Below are positions 38,037-49,425 of a stretch of DNA of 64,000 nucleotides, one piece after another. The stretch covers positions 11,594,001 to 11,658,000 of the forward strand of contig NC_042998.1 in the NCBI RefSeq assembly GCF_006345805.1. The letters are read 5' to 3'. The notes below the pieces were generated by a model. It searched no databases. It saw only the letters and a program-made list of their open reading frames with translations, and was not told the origin of the DNA. The DNA comes from Octopus sinensis. Its lineage: Eukaryota. The stretch's first letter is position 1, and each line of letters begins with the position of its first letter. The translations under genes and the position numbers were made by a program.

Positions 38037-38237
38037 AAAACCATATCTTAGAAGATGTGAACAAATGTGTTATTGCATTACAAGACAAAGATGCTGATAC
38101 CTTAGATAGAACGGCTGGTGCCATTCGAGGGCGAGCAGCTCGTGTAAACAATGTTGTGATTGCAGAAATGGACAACTATGAACCTGGGCGTTATGTTGAA
38201 AATGTAATGTCATATGTTAAATTGTTAAGAGACCAAG
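38037..38237 (+). CDS. CTNNA: alpha-catenin exon (201 nt, phase 1-1): ENHILEDVNKCVIALQDKDADTLDRTAGAIRGRAARVNNVVIAEMDNYEPGRYVENVMSYVKLLRDQ
   Basis: tttctctttcag acceptor, gttagt donor; conserved ENHILEDVNKCVIALQ and AGAIRGRAARV. Confidence 0.98.
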
Positions 38238-38332
38238 GTTAGTTACATTTTACATATATGTACACACATAATACACGAACAGACGTATATAGACTGATAC
38301 ATGCTCATATATGCATGCATACACATAATCCC

Positions 38333-38367
<35 letters not shown>

Positions 38368-38457
38368 ATTAATTCGAGACAAAACCACTATTTTGCAAAA
38401 CAAACAAGGAAAGACTTAATCAATACATAAAAATTTTTAATATAAAGAAATAAACCG

Positions 38458-38500
38458 CCACTACAATCGTTTCATGTCTTCAATGACATTCGTCAGGTGG
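38458..38500 (-). ncRNA. Minimal type-I hammerhead ribozyme motif (43 nt), GUA site
   Basis: Minus strand reads CCAC CUGACGA AUGUC-AUUGAA-GACAU GAAAC GAUU GUA GUGG; all core nucleotides and three stems present. Confidence 0.85.
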
Positions 38501-38515
38501 ATTTTCGATCTCCTA

Positions 38516-38753
38516 ATTTACTATAAAATTGGATTTAATCCTAAATCTGATTTTTTCCCTGTAAATTTGGATTTATTCCCTAATATTTATTATTATTTAC
38601 TATAAAATTGGATTTAATCCTAAATCTGATTTTTTCCCTGTAAATTTGGATTTATTCCCTAATATTTATTATTATTTACTATAAAATTGGATTTAATCCT
38701 AAATCTGATTTTTTCCCTGTAAATTTGGATTTATTCCCTAATATTTATTATTA
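38516..38753. repeat. 79-bp tandem repeat, 3 essentially perfect copies, adjacent to the hammerhead at 38458..38500
   Basis: CTATAAAATTGG at 38521, 38600 and 38679. Confidence 0.95.
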
Positions 38754-39980
38754 TATATATATATATATATGCATTCATTCAAATACAAATCATTTTCCTG
38801 CTTTAATGGACTAGAGGGCCATCATGATCTGATTCAGTTCTTATTCAGACTTACTATCTTCTAAGACTGGTCAGATATCATTTCTTTCTTTTTTTTTTCT
38901 GGCATAGCTTCTATGGTTGGATGCCTGTGTTGTCTTGCAAACAACTTGCACATGCAAGTGCTACCAGTTAAAAGCTCCGTATACCGGAATTTAGCAAGTG
39001 TATCGGCTCATCAGGAGAGAATGCGCGCCATTTCGGGCCCTACCTCTCGACGGCATCAATGCGCACCGGCCCCCCCTCACTGATATGAGGTCCCGCTTGC
39101 TAGATCAGCTGGTTATGCTTACATACACACATGGACTTTTACTTTCCAACTACCAAATCCACTCACAAGGCTTTGGGTAAATATCTTCTATCACCCCAAA
39201 CCAACCAAAGTGCCATGCAGTGGGACTGAACCTGGGACCATCACCACACAACCATGTTATTGCCAGTCACATTTTAGAGTGTGCTTTAAAAAAGTGATAT
39301 AATTCAAGATAGCATTTAAGGTACTGAAGCAAACTCTCATTGCCTTAGTTTTTAATTTTTTTTTTATGGTACTTATTCTTTACCATGATTATATCCATTA
39401 TAAAATTAATGGAGAAGCATTTGTTTCCATGGTTTTTGTTATTAAAGATGCTCATTTCCATAAAGTTCACTGTGTGTGTATGCATGGTTTCTAAAACACT
39501 ACCTTTATGTCAAGGTATGTTTTGGTATATTCAGACAGTTCTTCTGTAAAACTGTGTATCACCAATCAGTGCAGTTCTTTGTCATCTCCTTCATGAGCTG
39601 CATCTTCAGGCCTGTTTGCATCACTCCATCCTAAATCTTCCTTTGTCTCCTTCTTCTGTAGGTTCCACTAACAGAAGTGCTCAGCAGCTATCATTCTCCA
39701 TGAGCAACACATGCCTTTATTAGTGCAGCTTCTTCTCTTACCACATCTGATTCCTCTTATACCCCATTTTACTCTTAGTTCATATTTACTCAAAGTTTCG
39801 TGCATACTAACATTACACATGTATCGGCTTGCTCACTTCATTTCTTTCTAGTTTTTGCAGGTCTTTTGTATTCAAAAGCAATATCTGACTACCATGTAAC
39901 ATCTCAATTCTAGCACAAATGTTGCACACGTTGACCTTCACTCTGGAGGAAAAAGCTTTTGTTGCCTGCAATGGTAGTAA

Positions 39981-40372
39981 CTCTTTACTCTTTTACTTGT
40001 TTCAGTCAGTTGACTGCGGCCAAGCTGGAGCATCGCCTTTAGTCGAGCAACTCGACCCCGGGACTTATTCTATTGTAAGCCCAGTACTTATTCTATCGGT
40101 CTCTTTTGCCGAACTGCTAAGTGACGGGGACATAAACACACCAGCATCGGTTGTCAAGCAATGCTTGGGGGACAAACACAAACACACACGCACACACATA
40201 TATATACTTATATACGACGGACTTCTTTCAGTTTCCGTCTACCAAATCCACTCACAAGGCATTGGTCCGCCCGAGGCTATAGTAGAAGACACTTGCCCAA
40301 GATGCCACGCAGTGGGGCTGAACCCGGAACCATGTGGCTGGTAAGCAAGCTACTTACCACACAGCCACTCCT
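39981..40372 (-). mobile_element. SINE family A
   Basis: Reverse complement of full family A structure. Confidence 0.88.
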
Positions 40373-40738
40373 GAACATTTTTTAACTTGTCCTTACCTTG
40401 GTTACTTTATTTTCTGAAGAATCACCTCCACTGCTAATTATGTCTCATAGATAACAGAAGCTATCAACTATGTCTAGTGAGCCATCTGGGCATTAAAAAG
40501 AAATCCAGTACATTGCAATTTTAGCTGGAACAAAAATTTAAACAAAAACAGCAAACAAAAATTAGCCAACATAGTACTTGTCTAGAGAATTGTCAGTCTG
40601 TCTAATTTCTGCTATTCTCATTGCAATCATATTAAATTTCATTTTTTTTTTATTAAAGACAATTGTTTAAAATTTTTTTCTTTAATTAAATTTCTGCTTG
40701 TCATATTACATTGAACATATTTGTGTGTGTCATTGTAG

Positions 40739-40887
40739 TGATGCCAAATTTTGCTCAGAAAGTTGAAGTAGCTGTGAATTCTCTGAATTCCTCATCGAAA
40801 GAAATTGATGAAAATGAGTTCATTGATGCCAGTCGCCTTGTTTATGATGGTGTTCGTGATATTCGGCAGTCTGTGTTACTCAGCAGA
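40739..40887 (+). CDS. CTNNA: alpha-catenin exon (149 nt, phase 1-0): VMPNFAQKVEVAVNSLNSSSKEIDENEFIDASRLVYDGVRDIRQSVLLSR
   Basis: cattgtag acceptor, gtaagt donor; conserved DENEFIDASRLVYDGVRDIR. Confidence 0.97.
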
Positions 40888-40926
40888 GTAAGTTTTTTCA
40901 CTTATATATCTACAAACACCCTACTA

Positions 40927-41143
40927 TCTTTTACTTGTTTCAGTCATTAGACTGCAGCCATGCTGGGGCACCGCCTTGAATTTTTAGTCGAGTGAATCGA
41001 CCCCATTACTTATTTTTTCAAGCCTGGTACTTATTCTATCGATCTTTTTTGCCGAACCGCTAAGTTACGGGGACGTAAACTAACCAACACCAGTTGTCGA
41101 GCGGTGGTGGGGGACAAACAGAGACACAAGGACACACACAAAT

Positions 41144-41184
<41 letters not shown>

Positions 41185-41669
41185 AATCGATCAATCGAAA
41201 TTGCAGATGTGTTACCAGTGCCGGTGGCATGTCGAAACTCTACTTGTGAAGACCCGTTGAGGCAAGTGAGGATCAGAATCGAAATCGATCAATGGAAATT
41301 GATCAATGGAAATTGCAGATGTGTTACCAGTGCCGGTGGCATATAAGAGAACCTTCCGTTTCGCGACCGTTGCCAGCACCGCCCCGTTTCGTGTCCGTTG
41401 CCAGCCTCGCCTGGCCCTCGTGCCGGTGGCACATAAAAAGCACCATCTGTTCGTGGCCGTTTGCCAGCTCTGTCTGGCACCTGTGCAGGTGGCACGTAAA
41501 AAGCACCCACTACACTCTCGGAGTGGTTGGCGTTAGGAAGGGCATCCAGCCGTAGAAACACTGCCAGATTTGACTGGGCCTGATGAAGCCTTCTGGCTTC
41601 ACAGACCCCAGTAGAACCGTCCAACCCATGCTAGCATGGAAAACGGACGCTAAACGATGATGATGATGA

Positions 41670-41703
<34 letters not shown>

Positions 41704-41866
41704 GACAGGCTTCTTTCAGTTTCCGTCTACCAAATCCACTCACAAGGCTTTGGTCGGCCCGAGGCTATAGTAGAAAGACACTTGCCCAAGGTGCCACGCA
41801 GTGGGACTGAACCCGGAACCATGTGGTTGGGAAGCAAGCTTCTTACCACACAGCCACTCCTGTGCC
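40927..41866 (-). mobile_element. SINE (family A head) with an RTE tail (41181..41673, +) inserted in its central (TA)n
   Basis: SINE tail at 40927, (TA)n 41147..41180, RTE tail, (TA)n 41673..41702, SINE head ending at 41866. Confidence 0.82.
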
Positions 41867-43006
41867 TATATAATCATTATTTTAATGTTCTCTTTTCCAT
41901 GCTTGCATAGGTCAGACTCTCAATTGTTTCCAGGCAAGGTAATATTTCCCTATAGTCAGACATGTTCTTGCAAAATATTAGAAGTGACACTGCTTGTATA
42001 GCAGTGACAACCATTTTGCAATTATATGATGTCAAGACAAGGGGACACAAACATACACACATGCATACGTACACACATGGACTTTTACTTTCCAATTACC
42101 AAATCCACTCACAAGGCTTTGGGTAAATATCTTCTATCACCCCAAACCAACGTGCCATGCAGTGGGACTGAACCTGGGACCATCACCACACAACAATGCC
42201 TGTGTCTAATTCTCAGGTAGAATCTATGACACAGTGTGTGACAAAGCTGTACCTTTTCAGTTAAAAGTGCAATCCATCTGATGGACTTTGTAGTCTCTGA
42301 ATTTTTCTCACAAGATATGTTAACCCAAAGTTATAAAAAATGTCATTTGCTCAAGATTCCACATAATGGCATTGAACCTAGGATCTCATGATTGTGGAAG
42401 GAACTTTTTAGCTGCTTAGCCATGTACCCTGTTGTCACATGTTCAGATGAAATTTATCACTTCCAATATATAACAGTGGAAACACGTCTGGCCCTGAGGA
42501 AATATTACCTTACTTGGAGAGCGGTGAAAGTTGGTGACAGGAAGGGCATCTGATTGTAAAAAACCTACCTTTGTGTATTCTGTATTACTCATGAAAGCAT
42601 GGGAAAGTGGATGTTAAAATGATGAACAAACATTGATGTATATATATGTGTGAGTGTGTGTATATATGTCTGGCTTTGTGCAAGTGATATCTACCAAATT
42701 CACTGCTACTGAATGAATGGAAGTAGGTGTCATGCTGGTGACAGTATATGGAATTGTGTGTGTGTCATCGTGAACTTCACATATAAATAAATGGAAATAA
42801 AACTTTTAAAACAAATCATTCAAACATTAGAACTAGATGGCAATATAAAAGTTTCTGGTTCAGTCCTTTGTTTATCTCAAAAGCATCACCTGGACTGGAA
42901 ATGACTGGTGACAGTGAAAGTGTTGACCACATACCTAAAGATGAGGAAATAGTTTGTAAAGCAGACCACACTTCATTTAATAAATTGTATGTGTATGTGT
43001 GCATGT

Positions 43007-43380
43007 GGAGGTGCAGTGGCCCAGTGGTTAGGACAGCAGACTCGCAGTTGTAGGATTGCAGTTTCGACTCCCAGACCGGATGTTGTGTTTATTGAACGAA
43101 AGCACCTAAAGCTCCACGAGGCTCTGGCAGTGGGTGTTGGCGAACACTGCTGTACTCTTCCACCACAACTTTCTCTCACTCTTTCTTCCTGTTTCTGTTG
43201 TACATGTATTTCGAAGGGCCAGCCTTGTCACACTCTGTCACGCTGAATTTCCTCTGAGAACTACGTTACGGGTACGTGAGTCTGTGGAGTGCTCAGCCAC
43301 TTGCACGTTAATTACATGGGCAGGCTGTTCCATTGATCAGATCAACTGGAACCCTTGTTGCCATAACCAGTGGAGTACCA
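43007..43380 (+). mobile_element. tRNA-derived SINE family B
   Basis: GGTGCAGTGGCCCAGTGGTTAGGACAGCAGACTCGC...GTTTCGACTCCCAGACC tRNA-like head followed by non-tRNA body. Confidence 0.75.
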
Positions 43381-43449
43381 TCTTTGTGTGTGTGTGTATG
43401 TATATATGTGTATATGTGTGTGTATGCATATGTGTGTGTGTGTGTGTGT

Positions 43450-44858
43450 AATGAAAAATGGGTCTTTATCAAAATGTTGGTGAAGGGGAAAAACTCCAAC
43501 CGAAAAGGGAACTCCATGTGAAGAAGGTTCTTCTGTTTGGTGAGATTGCAAAGGAGTCATTCACTTTGAGTTTCTACCAACTAATGCAACAATCAATGTT
43601 TAAATCTATTGTTAGCAATTAGTGTTTGAACGTCTCTGAAGAAAAAATAGGTCTGCTTTAGTGAATTGAGAGAGTGGTGTTTCATCAGAAAAATGCAAGA
43701 CCCCATACTGCAAAGATTATGTCAGAAAATCGAGGAACTTGGCTTAGAGAAAATTGCTCATCTACCTTATTCCCCAGACTGTGTTCCTTCAGATTACCTT
43801 TTGTTCCATAGTTTACAGAATCATTTGGATGGATTAACTCGTGAAACAACTGAGCAAGTTGAAACTGACATGTCAAAGCTCTCTTCAAAATTGAGAGTTT
43901 TCCATTAATGGGATTAATAAACTTATAAGTAGATTGAAAGCTGTCATAGATAATCGTGGAAGCTATATTGACTATTGTTTCATTAAAATGAAAATGTTGA
44001 TCACTTGTTTTCCTTATTTAAAATCCGAACAATACTTATGAGATTACCTGAAGCAGCAAAATCATCACAAAAACTGCTACTCAATTTTATATTCCAGTTT
44101 CTTGGGCAGTTGTGATCATGAACAGGAATGTGAAGCTTACGTGTGTGTGTGTGGTGTGTGTGTGTGTAATGAAAAATGGGTCTTTATCAAAATGTTGGTG
44201 AAGGGGAAAAACTCCAACCGAAAAGGGAACTCCATGTGAAGAAGGTTCTTCTGTTTGGTGAGATTGCAAAGGAGTCATTCACTTTGAGTTTCTACCAACT
44301 AATGCAACAATCAATGTTTAAATCTATTGTTAGCAATTAGTGTTTGAACGTCTCTGAAGAAAAAATAGGTCTGCTTTAGTGAATTGAGAGAGTGGTGTTT
44401 CATCAGAAAAATGCAAGACCCCATACTGCAAAGATTATGTCAGAAAATCGAGGAACTTGGCTTAGAGAAAATTGCTCATCTACCTTATTCCCCAGACTGT
44501 GTTCCTTCAGATTACCTTTTGTTCCATAGTTTACAGAATCATTTGGATGGATTAACTCGTGAAACAACTGAGCAAGTTGAAACTGACATGTCAAAGCTCT
44601 CTTCAAAATTGAGAGTTTTCCATTAATGGGATTAATAAACTTATAAGTAGATTGAAAGCTGTCATAGATAATCGTGGAAGCTATATTGACTATTGTTTCA
44701 TTAAAATGAAAATGTTGATCACTTGTTTTCCTTATTTAAAATCCGAACAATACTTATGAGATTACCTGAAGCAGCAAAATCATCACAAAAACTGCTACTC
44801 AATTTTATATTCCAGTTTCTTGGGCAGTTGTGATCATGAACAGGAATGTGAAGCTTAC
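43450..44858 (+). mobile_element. Decayed mariner transposase fragment in a 718-bp tandem duplication (43450..44140 and 44168..44858)
   Basis: HLPYSPDCVPSDYLLFHSLQNHLDG resembles the mariner YSPDLAPSDYHLF motif, plus KKVLL and ARPHTA remnants, with stops and frameshifts; identical ORFs at 43666 and 44384 (offset 718). Confidence 0.88.
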
Positions 44859-44873
44859 GTGTGTGTGTGTGTG

Positions 44874-44924
<51 letters not shown>

Positions 44925-44925
<1 letters not shown>

Positions 44926-45850
44926 TCATCATCGTCATTTAACGTCTGCTTTCCATGCTGGCATGGGTTGGACGGTTTGACCAAGGACTGGTGAGCCAGA
45001 AAGCTGCACCAGGCTCAATCTGATCTGGCAAAGTTTCTACAGCTGGATGCCCTTCCTAATGCCAACACCCACAAGGGTGTAGTGGGTGCTTTTACATGCC
45101 ACTGGCATGGGGGCCAGTCAGGCGGTTCTGGCAACGACCATGCTCAAAAGGTGTTTTTTATGTGCTATCTGCACGGGAGCCAGTCAGGCGGCAACGACCA
45201 CGCTTGACTGTTTTTCATGTGTCACCAGCACATGTACCAGTAAGGCCATGCTGGCAATGATCATGTTCGAATGGTGCTTTTTATGTTCCACCAGCATAAG
45301 AGCCAATCCATGGCCCTGGCAACAATCATGCTTGGATGTGCTTTCAACCTTCCACTGGTATGAGTGCCAATCAGGCAGAACTGTCATTGGCCATGTCAGC
45401 GAATTTGATTTCATTTGCCTCAATAGGTCTTCGCGAGCAAAGTTTATTGTCTAATGAATGAAGGGTATTCATAAGTGGGCTGGTTACACCCACTAGCATA
45501 GGCCACAGGCTATGGTCTCACTTGGCTTGTCGGGTCTTCTCAAACACAGCATATCTCCAAAGGTCTCGGTCACTATTCATTGCCTCGGTAAGGCCCAATG
45601 TTCAAAGGTTGTGCTTCACCACCTCATCCCAAGTTTTCCTGGGTCTACCTCTTCCACAGGTTCCCTCAACTGCTAGGGTGTAACCCTTTTTCGCACAGCT
45701 GTCCTCATTCATTTGCAACACATGACCATACCAGCACAGTCGTCTCTCTTGCACACCACATCTGATGCTTCTTAAATCTGAATTTTCTCTGAGGGTGCTT
45801 ACTGTCATGTATACACACTGACATTACACATCCAGAGGAGCATACAGGCT
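44925..45850 (-). mobile_element. 5'-truncated RTE-clade LINE
   Basis: ORF 45602..45808 reads RRLCWYGHVLQMNEDSCAKKGYTLAVEGTCGRGRPRKTWDEVVK (RTE ORF2 C-terminus); 3' UTR and GAT-type tail at 44925. Confidence 0.88.
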
Positions 45851-46293
45851 TCATTCCTTGCAAGCTTACTGCCTATGTTTTGCTGCCAGGTAGTATGGCT
45901 GTTCATACACATGCATCATACAGTCTACCTTTTACTCTGAGTGACCCTAATTTGTCACCAGCAGAGGTAGGAGCTCTCTGAACCTTACCCAGGCTATTTT
46001 TATTCTAGTAGCTACACTTTCAGAGCATCCACCCCCGCTCCTGACTTATTCCCCTAGGTAACAGAAGCTATCAACTACTTGTAGTTTTTCTCCCTGGAAT
46101 GTGACAGAAGCTGTTCTTTCACACTTTCAGTGTTTATAGCCCCTACAAAAACTATCTTCCCAGAGCATAGGATTTACCAGTTTGGCTGTTTAAAATTTGT
46201 AAATTTTTTTGTTTTCACTAAGTTTTTATTTACATCAAAGAAAATAAGACAAAATGACAATTCTTTTCATGTCCTTCTTTTACAATCATTTAG

Positions 46294-46354
46294 AATCCTG
46301 AAGAAATCGATTCTGATACTGAAATTGAATTTGAAGATGATACCAAGAGTAAAT
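46294..46354 (+). CDS. CTNNA: alpha-catenin exon (61 nt, phase 0-1), acidic P-linker: NPEEIDSDTEIEFEDDTKSK
   Basis: tcatttag acceptor after a pyrimidine tract, gtaaga donor; resembles vertebrate TPEELDDSDFETEDF; phase needed to join the next exon. Confidence 0.92.
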
Positions 46355-47005
46355 GTAAGATTTGAAATATTGTTCTATTTTATCTTTTTCTTTTTGTGTA
46401 TGTGTGGTATGTATTTTTTTCTTTTATCAGTCTTTTTATTTCAGTTCTTTTACTGTATATGCCAACATATAAGACAATTGAGGGTATAAAACCTAGGAGC
46501 TTTGGTTAGTCAAGGTCTGTTATGTATCTGTATCAGTTTGTGCATGCCTAAATAAGGCTTTTGATGGAAATCTAGCAGTTGTTTGTGCATGCAAGTCTCC
46601 TTCTCTATGCCACCATGTTGTCCAAGAGACAACATGGCTAACACAACTTGGTACTGGCATTGTCACAGGTGTCGTTATCATTATGCAAAGAGCCAGGGTA
46701 TATATTGTCAGACATCCTGACATTTTAATAGTTGAATCAGTCTACAACATTTGATTGGTATGTTTTGACTCCCAAAGGAATGAAAGGCAAATTGGCCTTG
46801 GCAATATTTGAACTCAGTGCACAAAGAGTTGGAATAGATACTGGGAAATATTTTGTCTAATGCATTGCCAATTCCCTGCCTTTATATGTCAGTAATTAGT
46901 AAGGTAGGGTTAACTTATCACCATCACAAGAATTTTGGTTCACATTTTATACCTGGAGTACAACTCTCAATTATTTTTTAAAATTAAAAGCACATTTTAA
47001 AATTA

Positions 47006-47390
47006 GGCACAGGAGTGGCTGTGTGGTAAGTAGCTTGCTAACCAGCCACATGGTTCCAGGTTCAGTCCCACTGCGTGGCATCTTGGGCAAGTGTCTTCTA
47101 CTATAGCCCCGGGCCGACCAATGCCTTGTGAGTGGATTTGGTAGACGGAAACTGAAAGAAGCCTGTCGTATATATGTATATATATATAAGCGTGTGTGTA
47201 TGTATGTGTGTGTCTGTGTTTGTTTCCCTAGCATTGCTTGACAACCGATGCGGTTCGGCAAAAAGAGACCGATAGAATAAGTACTGGGCTTACAAAAAGA
47301 ATAAGTCCCGGGGTTGAGTTGCTCGACTAAAGGCGGTGCTCCAGCATGGCCGCAGTCAAAAGACTGAAACAAGTAAAAGAGTAAAGAGTA
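47006..47390 (+). mobile_element. SINE family A with an internal deletion in the core
   Basis: Head, core and TAAAAGAGTA tail. Confidence 0.88.
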
Positions 47391-48804
47391 CATGCTATAT
47401 ACAGACATACATGGTAAAAAGTTATCCTCTAATGCTTTGGTCAGGAGGAAGGCCTTATGCCCTTACTCATGTGAGATTCAACATGATTGTTCTTTAACAA
47501 CTCAAAATTGTTGGAGGCAGAGAGGGAATTCCAGTGTGCATATGTTCTAAGTAGTACAGAGATTGGGAGTAAGGAGATGGTCACAGTATGGGTTACAAGA
47601 GGGGGAGAGCTGAGGATGAGTAAGGGAGAAGCTAAGTGGAGATTAAAATGTTACTCTGTTTTCTCAGTAAGCTTTTGTTTGCATATGCTTCGTTCCCTTC
47701 TTTATCCCTCTATTTATTCCGGTTTTTGTTTGTTTTGCAAGATGTTTTTGCATATTTTTTTTTTTTGTTTGTCTTTTGTTGTTAGCTGGTGTTGGTTTGT
47801 AATATGATATGACCTTGGTCAGCTCATATCATGCTGGTAACTAAGCAACAAAGAATATGTAGTGTTGATCTTTTTTGTGGACATTTCCCAAGAGTTAATA
47901 CCTGAAATATGTGATGTTCTCTTCATTAAATAGGAAATACAGTGTGAGAGATTTAATCTTGAATGAACTTAATGACTACAAAGGAGTTAGTTGCCTTGTT
48001 AGATTTTTGTTTGTTAATATAATTTCGTGTGTAGTAGTAAATCTTGTTAGCTGTTGCTTTTTTTTTTTTTTTTACAACTAGCTACAGATGGCTTTTTATA
48101 TAAACTCTAAAATCAATTCTTTCTTCAGATGTTTTATTTTTTAGTTTTCTTTAAGATAGGCAGATTGTAAGTTCTTACTTCTTTTGAAGAATACAATTAT
48201 CAGCATAGAAATATGGGCATTTTATTTTATTTTATTTTAAATTTTTTTTGTTTGCTGTAGTTTTTGGTCCAAACTGGAAATAAATGAAAAGCAATAAATG
48301 AAACAGTTATCTTTCTAGCGTAGGAAAGACCTTTGGCTACATGTATCCTCAACCTGTTAGATATGGCAACCAAATTTCCATCAAATCAAGCCCTACCATT
48401 TTAAAAAGGGAAATTTGGTTCTGTAGTTTCAAGATATGGCTGAAAATAAAATTGGTTGGTCACAAATGGATTGTCTTTAATCATAGGTTTGTTGCATCTT
48501 GGGTTCAACAAGAAGAACAGCAGTCAATGTAACAGGAAACTCTATGTGGTTGTTTAATCTACTGAAAATAACAACCAATATCTTGTAAAAGGACTAGGTT
48601 ATGTAATCATAGTCACTGTTAAACAGACAGGATGGTCACAGTTGTAATGCTTCCACTTTTAAGCCTCCTTAATCAACATTGACCTTTACTAAACCAAGAA
48701 CTTATGCTTTCAGACATGGATTAGGTTATTGCATTTTGTCAAAAGCATTTTATTTTTGTTTAGTTTAATTTAACTTTTGCTTTTTTAATTCAAACATTTT
48801 ACAG

Positions 48805-49030
48805 CAAGTTTCATAACAGAACAAGATTATAACAGCAAGAGTGACCGAGCTATAATGAGGGATCTTCCAGAGGCTGAAAGGGTCAAAATTGAACAACAGG
48901 TTGATGACTTCCGTAAAGCAAAAGCAAAATTAGACCGAGAAGTGGCAAAATGGGATGACAGTGGCAATGATATTATTGTTCTTGCTAAACAGATGTGTAT
49001 GATTATGATGGAAATGACAGATTTTACCAG
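48805..49030 (+). CDS. CTNNA: alpha-catenin exon (226 nt, phase 1-2): SSFITEQDYNSKSDRAIMRDLPEAERVKIEQQVDDFRKAKAKLDREVAKWDDSGNDIIVLAKQMCMIMMEMTDFT
   Basis: attttacag acceptor, gtaagt donor; invariant KWDDSGNDIIVLAKQMCMIMMEMTDFT. Confidence 0.97.
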
Positions 49031-49161
49031 GTAAGTCTTTTGCCAAGTGCCAATTAAACAAATTCTTTTTTTTCTTGTTCGTAATTTCATTTTGCAATCA
49101 TCTTTTGATAACAGAGCGAGTGAGAGAGACAAAATAAACTAGCAAAAAAAATTATTGGATA

Positions 49162-49222
49162 ATTCCAGATCCCGGATTTCTGGCTCTGCTTTGCATAAAT
49201 GCTTTGCCTTCATCAGTGGAAT
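49162..49222 (-). ncRNA. Type-I hammerhead ribozyme motif, AUC site, stem II closing pair mismatched
   Basis: Minus strand reads AUUCCA CUGAUGA A-GGC...GCC-A GAA AUC-CGG-GAU C UGGAAU; 6-bp stem I, 3-bp stem III, A.A at base of stem II. Confidence 0.7.
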
Positions 49223-49369
49223 ATATGCAAATAGCACATAAATGTAAATATATATACCCTTAATTATAATTTTGATAATAATTATTACCTATTAGGTTTT
49301 TATTCCCATGCTGGCCACATGATTTGATCGGTATTTTAAATAACGATCTTATCCTTATTTAAATATATT

Positions 49370-49425
<56 letters not shown>

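Noticed and set aside
39121-42200. Two near-identical about 130-bp degenerate SINE pieces (about 39121 and 42066) flanking an exon as direct repeats
   Set aside because: Similarity stops at the SINE boundaries, so a shared subfamily explains it without a segmental duplication.
48820-48836. Alternative acceptors inside the 226-nt exon (AACAG at 48819 and 48835)
   Set aside because: The first creates T|AA stop and the second shifts the frame.
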